Below the pieces are notes generated by a model that ran no database searches, was not told the origin of the DNA, and saw only the letters and a list, made by a program, of their open reading frames with translations. The translations under genes and the position numbers were made by a program. A DNA stretch of 62,989 nt, filler included, from Choristocarpus tenellus KU-1152 (Eukaryota > Protista > Phaeophyceae): assembly GCA_964200185.2 (NCBI GenBank). It is 6 parts of 6 records of this genome, joined end to end, with 100 filler letters (N's around TTAATTAATTAA, not from the genome) between each part and the next. Parts side by side here need not be neighbours in the genome. Positions count along the whole stretch, not along the records: positions 1 to 29,310 come from CAXNAD020000110.1; 5 more parts are not named here. The stretch is one strand, 5' to 3'. Below are positions 14,401 through 26,400 of the stretch, piece by piece (positions within the stretch are counted from its first letter, which is position 1; every line of letters begins with the position of its first letter).

Positions 14401-17400
14401 CCTGCATTTTATTATCAAGTGGTGGTTTAATGTGCGACATGGTGTGAACATGACAGAAAACGATAAATATTTTCAGTTTACTTACATACTATTGATACTT
14501 GCTACAATTTTACATTGCTTGGCCCCTAATGATATTTTATTGCACATAAAGTGGTATTTTTCCATTTCAAGAAAAACATTTTTGATTTTTGATTTTTGAA
14601 TTAACTTTGGTATAAACTTTTAATGGTTTAGGCTGACACATGTGTTTGCCTGATAAACCAGATGCCAAAGTACCATTCTGTCCCATCTTGAGAATATGAA
14701 TGGTCAGTTTAGAACCCCATTAAAACTGCCCTATAGAGAGTAGCCTAAACGGTGTTTGGTTAGCGCATGATTACACAATCGTTTCATGTTCTTGGAGAGT
14801 GGTGAGAAGGAAGCAAAAAATGCCAGGAGAAAAAATGACACTCCCTCCCCTCCCAGAAAATAAAGAGGACTGAAAAGCGAAAAGACTCGAAACAAAGAAG
14901 AGGAAAGGAATTCAGATGAACTCAAACATGACAAGGGGGGAAATTTGTGCAATCATTCCTATCAAAGAGATATATCAAGGGAAGTCGAGCACCGTAGCTG
15001 CTTAGTGACGGATGTGCTCCTCCTCTTGCCCTAGCATAGCCCTAATGGGTTTGCCCAGGCGCACCCTTCCGATGTTCTTTTTCTGCCAGTGTTACTGGAA
15101 TGCAGTGTTTATTACCTGCCGAAGTTTGCCCTCCTCCTTATGCCCGGGCACAGCCCCTCCCTTTTACCTATGCACGGCATTGTACCCTATAGAGTATTCC
15201 ATTCTGGTCATTAAAGGTCGGCAGTAGTTCATTATGGTTGTTGCAAATGAGATTGGAATAATTAAAGCTTGACAGCATCGTTATCACACCCTTGTTTGAG
15301 GGTTTGTAATTTTCTGGATGTAAAATATTGAATTAAGGTAGATACAGCGCAAAGAAATTATTGTCATTTGAGCGTATTGACCTAGTATCCAAGAGGATGT
15401 TGCAAGGCACGAGGAAAAAACATTTTGCCACATATTTGCCTGATGCATAGATACGTCACAGCAACACAGTGTGCATACTCCCACCTTAGGCCCCTCTGGT
15501 TGCATTGGTTAGAGGGTGGATCCCATACCTCCCATCACTAATGTTTCCATATGTCCCAGAGTCCAATGACCGGCAATTATAACCCCCATGCTCTCACATA
15601 GACTTTCAATATGTTCTTACGTTATCCATTGTTACTGACAGGAAATATGCCACAAGGGTTCTTTTATGGTAATGATTGCCTACAATTTCACTTTTTTGAA
15701 TCCCAATAGGGGTGTCATAGCGCTGGGCAAAATTAGTGCAGACAAAGTGGAAGACTGCTAATGTGCATTAGTTGCCAATTGTACAAAAGAAAACTGTGCT
15801 AGGTAGTTTCTGAGGTATTTTCGTCTGTTTAGTATATGGCACTTGGCATAAGGAGAGGCAAATACTGCCTAACGATGTTTCCAGGTATTATTTTGGAAAT
15901 GAGGAATCTAGAGTTTTGCGATTAAGGTCGTGACATTGATGTCACTCACCTACCCACACAGTCAACCGCATGAATTTGAACTAGTCAATCTTATGGGGGG
16001 GTGTTATAGAACGTAGGGTTAAGGATAGGGTTAGATTGGGCCCCTGTGACTGCCTTGTGGTGCATGAGGTTCTAGTACTCCGGAGGGAAATTTCACACTT
16101 ACTTGGATTAATTCTGTCACCTTTACAGCCACAGCCCCCTAGGATAAGTTAGATTTATTTCAGGCATGAAAATGTGGTGTTCGACAAAGATTCAAGTAGT
16201 CCTAAATATCCAAGAGGGCTTATAATAGACCTCTCTCTAAGATAGGATGGCTATTTGATCTCAAAATGTCCTACAATAATGCGTCTAGAAAATGCACTCA
16301 ACCTCCAAACATTGCTTCATCCCACAACATTCTGGGGGCCTCTTTGTGATTTATTTGACCTTTGCTCCACTCCACAATATTTGAGCTGAGGCCATGTTGT
16401 TTTTTGTTCCCGTTTCCTTCTTGTTCAGGGTTCTCCCAATCTCTAACTTAGGAGTACCAAAGCTTTGCTAGAAGGAGAGTTCTTTGAAATCAACAGTGCC
16501 ACACATACCAATCCTTCTACCTCGTTGCATTGGAAATGTTATGAGCCACCCATCATCAAAGTAACAGGAAAAATGTTCCTGGTTCAAAACATCACTGCTC
16601 TCCGGTAGAAGGATGCTTTTTAGCAATTATATATATGAACGCTCAAGAGATCTCGACATAAACCTTATCTCTGTACCAAGGGTAAAAAATCCAAAGGAAA
16701 AATTGCCACTAAGGCCCGTGCACTTGTTCAATCCTGCCATATCAATAGACTGCTTGAGTATCCACTCTCAAACACCAAAAGGGCGCAATTTAACCTCCTC
16801 CAGAAGGTGTCTCAACGGGTGTGAAAGCAGATCCTCCAATTGGGGTTCTCTGTTGATCGAATTATTTGATATGTGCTCGTCAGTATATGTGCCGAAGGCG
16901 CGTATGTTGTTGCAGTCAATTCAACCTGTTTCGACCTTTCCAATCCAATCCGAGAAATATTCTGACTACAATCATATATTAATTTTGCAGGTTTATATAC
17001 AATGCTACCATAATATTGCCTTGGACCAAGGGCAAACGCTTAGTTGCTATACTTACGTTTATGCATGACTACTACACTATTGGTTGCCCTACCAAGTATG
17101 CACACTTTGTGTTCCATAGTTAGGTTCTATCTTCCTACCCCTCAATGGCCCCACCTCCTCCCTTGTGTTTATCGTTTCATTTTAGTGTACATACTTTCTT
17201 GGTGGTATTGCCCGATGATAAGAGCAATAACACTTGTTTTTCTGCACATCACGAACACTAGCAAATGCTGTATTGGTGTTCAGTCAGTAGTGCTCGTGAC
17301 ATAGGCTATCGAACCAAAATCTCTATATAATGAAAACATCATCCCAAATGAGTCTTTTTAGGAATGGTGCGTTGAGTTAATTGCACTACAGCGAAGCTCT

Positions 17401-20400
17401 AGTGTTCTACTAAAATATTATTCAACTAAAACTCTATGTATACTACATGCTGTTTTCTCTTTTTACCCTTTCAGTTGAAGCGATACGATTGGCATGGCAG
17501 GTTGGAGGCACTAAAATGTTGAGAAACAATGAGAGGGAGGTAAATATTTCAAATTAAATGTCGATAAATTGGAGACTTCATTGTGCTAGCCGTGGAAAGT
17601 ATTATGTGACTCTACATGGGGCCAAAAATATGTATTTCCTGCAGTCCCTCCAAGTATGTCAAAAGACTTTTCAGTATTTTTTTCATTATATTCCTCACCT
17701 AGGTTGTTCCACTTCTCTCTTCATTGCCCTGACAGCTGAGACCCTACTTGGTTGCTGTAACACTACCGGCCACCCCATAACTGAAGTCTTCAGAGATCCT
17801 CTCCAGGTCCTCAATAATCCCTGCCAATACACTCTCCAAGTGTATTTTGTCATATCTGACTGTCCAGGCCTAATGAGGATTGCATAGTTGGCTGTCTTCC
17901 ACCCCATCTCCATTTCCTTGTACCCAGAACCCTTGTACCATCCCAGCCTGATCGGATTTCAGATTCCAAAATGGAGCGCTTCTTGTTACTGGAAGATGGC
18001 GTACACCTTGCCATGCTGTCAATAGAGCCCAAACAATTGAAAGGTCAAAATTTGCGACGGATCCAGATAAGCTGCCACCTCCTCTCCTCATAGGTGTCAG
18101 CCTCATCCTGCAAGATGTTGGGTCGTATTTATCAAGATATTGATGACTTGTCACTGCCACACCCTCAAGACTTGCCCCCCCCTTCTGAGATGTACAGAAT
18201 GGTTGGCCTGTCTTAGGGGCTTCATACTGAATTTTTATGCCCTCGGTGGAAATGTTAACCCATGATGAAGGTATGCACTTGTTCCTTCTGTTGGTCAGTC
18301 AGTCATCGCTGAGGATCACCGTGTGAGGCAGTCTCTCGCCCTTCTATGAATCCATCTGTTTACGGGATTGTCTTGCCGTGGCCTGATCTGATCCTGGCAC
18401 ATTTATGCCTCCTCCTATTTCTGGCGATATTCCTTCAGCTTCAAACTCGGGTGGCTGTCATTTTCGACTTTGGGTGCCGCTCCATGAGTGCAGCGTTGTC
18501 TGTTTCTCCTGCCTTCCCTTGAATTTCATTATGGGCAAGCCCAACGCTACAACTGTCAGATCACCTCACTTGCACACCCCATCTTGTGAACGACTGCATC
18601 TCTCTAGGTTCTGTTTAATTTGTTTGCTACACTCTCTAGCTTGCTCCACCCCTTGTGCATGCTCATCTAGTTGAGAGAGGACTCAAAAAGTCCTCCCAGT
18701 CTTGCAACCCCCCCATAGCCACCCCAAGTATTTCCACCAAAGTATTTGGACCAGCAGTATTTAGTGAGTCGAGGATAGCATCGATTGATAGCTCATATCA
18801 TGAATATTGTATCGTAGTAACTTGATATGTTTATGGTAGTTTTGATAGAGAAGGGGTCAGAGCTATGTTGTTTGATATTAAACAAGAGTTACAAGCCCAT
18901 AATATGGAGGATTTAGTGTTACCGTGAATTTCTTCCGTTGTAGTACATTAGTATCACCAGAGAAGGTTTAACTGTCATGATTTTTCAATTCCATCTACCA
19001 GTGCAGGTTCATGCACTGATATATTCCAAACAACAAAAACCTGCCTGCACACCCTTTCCCATGAAATAATATTTCAATGTTCCTGTTTCACCCTATCTCC
19101 ATGTCCCTTGACTCATAGTGTGACCATTTCTGCCTCTGAACACAGGAGGCCTGTTCTGGGGGGTTGTATGTGGATAGTGTGGATGATTACTGCTTGGAAG
19201 GCTACCAGGGACCATGTAAGCCATACTGTGGTAACAATCTCGAGTCTGGTATGACTACTGAGGGGTATCAATTGGCTAGGAAATGTGGCCTGTCCATTGG
19301 GATGATTTCAACTTTGTGTTGCCATATGCGAAGTTGCTCGATACGCCCATGAGGCAGACAGCATTTTTTTTTTTGAACTTTCCAGCAGATTTTCTTCGAT
19401 AATCATCCAGGGAATATGTAGATATCCAGTTCAAATCAGTGGAGAGATGTAATATTGGATGAAAGGCAGCAAGATCATGTGGTGTCACTGTTGTTGCTAC
19501 TTTCAGGTGGAACCAAGATTGGTTGCTCTCTCCCTACTGTCGATTTCTTGTTGTACTTTGCTCCTCGACACCAAAGCATCTTGTCATGTCTTCTAAACCT
19601 TGATGCTGTAGCAGTGCTCTCACCTTTCACTCAATAGCAGACACAGTTGTCTTGATCCCATACACATTTGCAGTATCGTTTCAGCAATTCTACTCCTTCG
19701 TGCCCCTCGTATTAACATCAGATTGTACATTGTGCATGGATAGTCACGGCCAGGGTGCAGCTTACACATGTCATAAGTGCACCAGTGCATTCAAGACAAG
19801 CATGTACGTCATTATGGCCCTGTCCATCTTCGTTCTTATCATTGCTGGGGTCCTGCTGGGAACATACCTTGTGAGTTCAATTCTTGTGTGTTTGGCAGTG
19901 ATCTGGAACTCAAAATGAGTAGAATCTGTATATAATGCATTTTTCCTGTTCATGGTGTGCTATAATAAGTACTTCCTGAGCATACAGTATGGAACTATGT
20001 CAGCTGGTGTTCCAGACAGGGTATTTTTGTCACATGATCTAATAAAGGTGAAGTATAGAAGCAGAAAATATGGTAATCTCTATCGATCGGAAGGTTGATA
20101 GTTTCTCAAAAGCACTAACCGGGGTGTTGTTGTGGGGTTGTGTTATTTTGTGTACTTGTAGCAACTCTTCCAAGGTTTACTGCAGCTTGTTAGAGAAAAG
20201 ATTTCTCAAGGACATATGTTTTGTAGGGAGTCCGCACAAGTGCAGCTGATTCATAAGTTAAATAGTGGATCTGCCGTGTAGGAAAAACCTTTTGCAAATC
20301 TTCAAATTTTTGTTCACTTCGCCTGTCCCTGTTGGTTCTCTACGTTTATCTAGTAGTCCTGCAAAATATATTTTATCAAAATTATCTGCGGTAACTGCAT

Positions 20401-23400
20401 AATCAAGACTAATGAAAACTTTCTATGTTGAATAAACTCCGATAAGAAGAACTATGATTGTGAACTCTCCGTCGCTGAAAGTGCTCAATTTCACCATTGG
20501 AGAAACTTGGGAACGAGAAAGTGCTTTCTCCATAGTTCCCAGTTCTTCACATAGGATTTGTAGGGTGTGTGCATTGTGAAGCTTCATCTAAACCTTATCG
20601 ATTCTCCAGACAAACACGTAAGGGAATAGTAACTGTCCAACCTAAAAACTGTAGAAACTCATTATAGCATGTTGAATGCAACAATATTGAGATATCTTGA
20701 CTCATCATGTTACCAAATCCTCCCAAAGTGAGGCGTCATACGGATTCAAGATGACCTGAGTCCTGAATGGGTACCTTGGTCGATGTGTGTAAGATCATCT
20801 ACCTCCACGATTTTGATTAAACATTTTAGTTTATTGATGTTCTTGTGCTGAACCTAGCACAGATACACAAATTGAAGAATGTCATACAACACAGAGAGGA
20901 TGCCTGAGGTCCAGATCACGAAATGTTTGACAACAAGTGTGCTAGGGGGCGAGACTGAATTGATGTAGATGTCCCAAGCAATACCCATTTGAATCTCGTT
21001 TTCAAGAATAAAACTTCAAAACAGGAAATATGGAAAATGTGGGCTAATTTTCTTTTTCAAGGAAAGGATTGATATTTAGTTCATCACTCATTCACTGTTT
21101 ACATTATTTTTACAAATCTTAGTTGTGCAGATTGACAGTCCACCAGGGATAGTAACATAATGTGGCAGTCTAAAACAACATCACTTTAGAATGGCTCTTG
21201 TAGTATCAAAAACAATATCAACTTATACTTACGCGGATCAGGTAGCAATCCATGCTGTTTTCCTTTATGTCCGATCCAGGAACCCATCAAACTTTGCAGG
21301 AAATGATGTGCACCAAGAATCAGGTTATAGTTGTTTTTTCACTTGACACTGATGGAATGAAAATATCACGTAGGGTATGTGTATGTGCCTGCCAAGGTGT
21401 TGAAACCTTTGTTTGAGGTGATTTTCCTGTGCGCTTGGTATTGTAGCGCGCACAAGGAGTATGGGAGTGTTCTCAATGGTTGTGTATGGGTATTTCCAGG
21501 ATAATTGCTCAAGCCCTGTGCGTATCTACACATGAATATGATGGAAATCCTGTTTGACATATATGCAGTTCTACGTGGTGGTTGACTAAAGTAATTAAAC
21601 ATCTTTACTTTCACCAAACCCCCAACCTAGGTCAGTGGTGCTGCTGGAGTTCAGAACTTGGAGATGCCAGTGTCTGTCCTCAAGAGAAGAGATTCCCCCT
21701 CTGTGAAAATGAATCCCTTGTACAGTGCAAGAGGCGGGAATGCTGTCAATGACATAGCCCCTGGCAAAGCAAGAAGTGTTCCTTCTGTCGGACAAGCAAA
21801 CGATAATAAGGGATTTAGGCAGGTCGCTGCCAAGTTTCTGTCTCGGATCCCCTTCCACAAGATCAAGATCGTTGTGGGTGAGGAACTATATTTTTGCAGG
21901 GGTTGTATCATTTCAATATACTAGACCTACATACCTTAAATTGATTTAATCTTGAACGCGCCTGTTACATATAAGAACAATTTTAAATTTAGATTAGATC
22001 TATTATTATACAGAGAAAACTCTCTGAACACGTGATAAAGAACTGTTACACTCGCTCAGAAGATGCATATTTGGAGGTTCGATCTTGTTTCAAAGGATGA
22101 AAATTTAGGCTGACGAATGTCCCACTTATTTTGCTTTTTTACGTTGTCGGTTTATTTTATTTATTGAAGAGGTGACTCAAAATGCCCTAATTTCACTCAC
22201 ATGCACCTCTGTTCGCACACATGTACTTGCAACCATGGCATACGGAAAAACATGTCATTGTTGCTGACTTACAAACTGCACTCATCGTGGGTGACTCTCA
22301 GTTGTCTGGCAGATTACTTCCCAGGTGAGGAAATGCCCGAATTTTTCTTTCATCTCAGTGGTTTTGGTTATAGCGCTTTTCTCTAGAGGTTTTGAGTTGA
22401 GGAGTGTACCATTTTTCGAGAAGGTTGGGCCACACCCGCATAAGCACATTCTCACTTGTAGTTGGTAGTTTCGTGTGCATGGTCAGTAATTGGCCAGAAC
22501 ACTCCTGACCAAATGTTTCATCTGGTCTACCCACACCTGACTTGATTGTCAAATAATATCTCGAATCGATGTCTGTCAACCATGCAACATATACAGCAAA
22601 CCAACTTCTTGTCCTACCTAAACTCTTAAATCCTATGATCCGTGTGAACCCTAGTGGTTTGTGTGGGTCCGTAGCGTGGCTGTCGTAGAGTTTGCCTCAA
22701 TCATTGCACAATAATAATCTCATTGAACAATTTTCCTTTTTCTGCGCGCAGTTTGCTAGTATCACACAGGTAGCATACCCTCCAGTGCTCAAGAAGTTCT
22801 TCTCAGTAATCAGTGTGCTGAACTTTGACTTGAGCTGGATTTTATCAGCTTCATGCGTAACAGGTGGCATCAAATTCTACAACAAGCTGCTGTGAGAGAT
22901 GAGGGAGTAGCGAATATCTACACCTCTGTATTGAATGCATGGGCGACATCTCTTGTCACAAGTTCAACCACTGAATATTGTAGATTGATGGTCGGGGACA
23001 ATACCCCGTCATCACCCTCATGATCAGAGAGTTGGCTTCAGATATTTGGATTTAGCAGTAGCAAGAATATGCAATTGGACTCCTCCTTTGCATATCTCAG
23101 TCGCTGTCTCGCATATTCCGCAGAAATTAGCTTATATATTGCTAACTAACACCTAGCTTTACAAACCCCTTGAATGCAACCATACTTAACAAACTTACAC
23201 TGTAAGTACATATGGACGTTCTTCTCCTGTAGTTCAAGTACACCAATATCAACTTTACACAATAAACAACAGCAGCCTTTACCAAGCTTTCTCCCAAAGT
23301 AGTGGGCTTGGCCCAGTAATGCACCCGATCAATGCCACTCAAAGAGCAATCATAGTAGTAGCAATGAAAAGGAGCAGAAAACAGAGTTGAAAGGTAAGAG

Positions 23401-26400
23401 AACCATAGTATCCTTGACGGGGGATGTTTAGCCCAGGTTGTCCACACGGATCTAATGAAGTACTGCAATATATTCCAGTTTGATGCCCGTCTTTTTGGAC
23501 GATTTTCCTTTGAATATAGTTCAACCAAGGGAATGGAAATGGAAGGTGTGTTCAGATGAAGAATAATGCGCCTACATTTGACACGTTTACTCAAATTACA
23601 TGGAAACGACTAAAGGGTCACACGGGCCCCCGATAGACACCTGACCCTGCCTCTAGGATACTGTGATCCTAAGGACAAAATATACATTGCCTTGATTCTT
23701 AATCCATATTGAATAGAGTGTATGCCACAGTATCAAGTCATTATCATGGAGTATTGGCATTGATTTGCCTCTCCATGTCTCCTTCCTTGCCTGCTTTGCA
23801 TATCTGTTGCAACTCTACATTCCGTTTCAGATTGGTGACCATCGCCCCACTGGCGATCTTACTGTTCCTGGGCTGTACCTTTTGTATAGGCAATAAGAGG
23901 GTAGCTGCTGCCACTGCATCATCACGGAAATGTAGGTCTGCTCCCTCGCTCAACTTCATGGCTTCCCCAACAAATACTTCCACGGTCCTGGGTAAGATGA
24001 TAGAAGCATCCACAACACATTCAATGTGCCCATCATTGATTAAGCTTGTCACATGATAGTCCAGAGGTTCTCATTTTCTTGTGAAGGTGATGAGATTCGT
24101 GTTCCCTTCTTACTTCTTCCTATGACTAGTTTGGTATGAAGTAGTGTAAGATTGCATTGGCCGGACTATCATATCTTCCCCTGTTACGCATGTATCTTCC
24201 AAGTATATTCATCCTTGCCAAAATTTCCAGCAATGTGCTAGACAACCATAACTATGAACTTCATTGGATTTTATCTACCCTGGTAGACATGTTTTACATA
24301 GATACGTCCGTCTGTATTGCCTCCCTCTTTACTCTGCATCATTGCTAGGAGAGGAAAAGGAAGATACAATGGAGGACATAACCGTACCTTCCAGGGAATC
24401 CCTACAGAAGAAAGACCTCCTTGGTGGCAACTCATTCTTTCGAAAAAAGCGAAAGAACGAAGACTGGGAGGCAAGTCAAACAAGGTCAATTATCCATCAG
24501 CGTTCAGGATTAGGGATAGGCTGTCTAGGCCTGAGATTGAGAAATTGAGTTGGAGGCAGTATGCAAATTCCCTGACTCTCGAGATGTGTACTTTCAGTTA
24601 GAGTCTTTGTGCTCGCACAATACATGTACTCCTTTGCTCAGACTGATGCTGTGGTTCATGATGTGAAACTACATTTTGAAGCATTAGAAGTTTAATCACA
24701 TATTCTGTTTGAAATTTGGGAATATCCTTGCAGTTTTTCTAGTTGAAGGACTCAAAGCTATTTCATTTGCTGCCTTCAGTGCCCTATTAACATTTTGCCT
24801 TATCTCTATACATGTGGTATTGGAGCTGTCAGATTCTTCAATCTTACTCTAATATCTCCATGCCCTTGCTCTATTTTCGAACTTGCAGAAACACACGTGG
24901 CAGCTATATTCTCGGCACATAAATGTCCTCCTCATCTCATCATATCTTCTCTACACACAAATCTGCACGGTGGTCAGTTAAACTGAGTTGAGCTTGTTTG
25001 TGTTTCAATACATCCATTGAAATAGACAGTAGTTCATGTCAACGCTGTGATCCGCTCTAGCAGTCTTGCTTGGGTAAGGATCTTTTCTAGAATGATGGAA
25101 CTCTGTTAACAGCAATGCGGAATGCTGCAACATCCTATTTTACTTTGTAGTGGTTAAATAGAATATTTTGCTTTTATTGTCACGTTTTTTTTTCCATTGT
25201 ACTGTTCAAGAGCATTTTGTTGGATTGACTTGGTTTCAACATTTTTTCCTGGTCTGCTGTCCGAACTCCATGGTGATGAAGCAGGTGTTCCAAACGTTTG
25301 CATGTGAGGAGGTGGATGGTGGGGTTAGCGGGGAAAGTTACCTCTCCGCTGACCTCAGAATTTCCTGTCAATCGCCTGACCGAGCTTTTTACTTGGCCTA
25401 TTCCTTCATCATGATATTAGTATGTGAGATGAAGAGAATGCTACTTCGCACAATGTTTTTTTTTCTCATGTTGGGACAGGGACCAAAACTGAAAATATCT
25501 TGTTGTATTCCAGATTGTGGCATTCATCTACTCACTTTATTGCCTGTGGTGGTGCTACAAATAATTAGACCTTCATGCACCGCTCCAACCATTTCTGATG
25601 CCCCTGTGCTGTTCTTTTCCTTGTATCTGATCCAGATCCTGTGGGGGTTCCCCTTGGCTTTGCAGTTTTCCTTTGGTATCAAAAGGACAGCATCAACCCT
25701 CCCTCTGCTGATGAGGATACCCAACATGGAGGAAAGTACTATATCCAGGTACGATGTACTATGTGTTGTTTCCTTCTCAGATTGCTCAGGTCGAGTGTAC
25801 CCACTGTATTGAGTATTGAGCGGAGAGAATAATTCCCATTGCACTTACCATGACAGCTTCTAATTTTTTCATAGTCTAGTTTCAAAATTGAAATATACTA
25901 CAGGATTCTTGAGTCCCAAATAATTTGAAAGTTCGGCTGAGGCACATCATTGCCGTGATCAGCATACCCATCCATGATATATATAGTGTAAAGCACCCTT
26001 TATCAAGGTGAAGAAATAGACACAATGCCAGCCCTGCAGCCACTGCTTTCTGTTTAATGATTATATATTGCTGTCCACCTTTACAGGCAAAGCAACTGGA
26101 GCAGCGGGAGAAGAATGTTAGACTGAAGCCGACAGCGTTTCTGTGGAGGTCATACCGACCGGGTAGTTACAACTACGAGGTTTGTTGATGACCACAAACT
26201 TGTTTTTTAGTCAAAGCAGATGGCTATTTCATTTGTTCAAAATCTGCAGTATATACACATCAAACAAATCATTGCAGACAGCTCCAGTCTCTTACCTCAC
26301 TTGCTTCACTCATCTTATCCATTATTTTTTCCATTTATCCTGCCCTTTTGTGCTCTCCCTATCTTTTCATTGCATGCCATGTGTAGGTAATTGAATGCTT

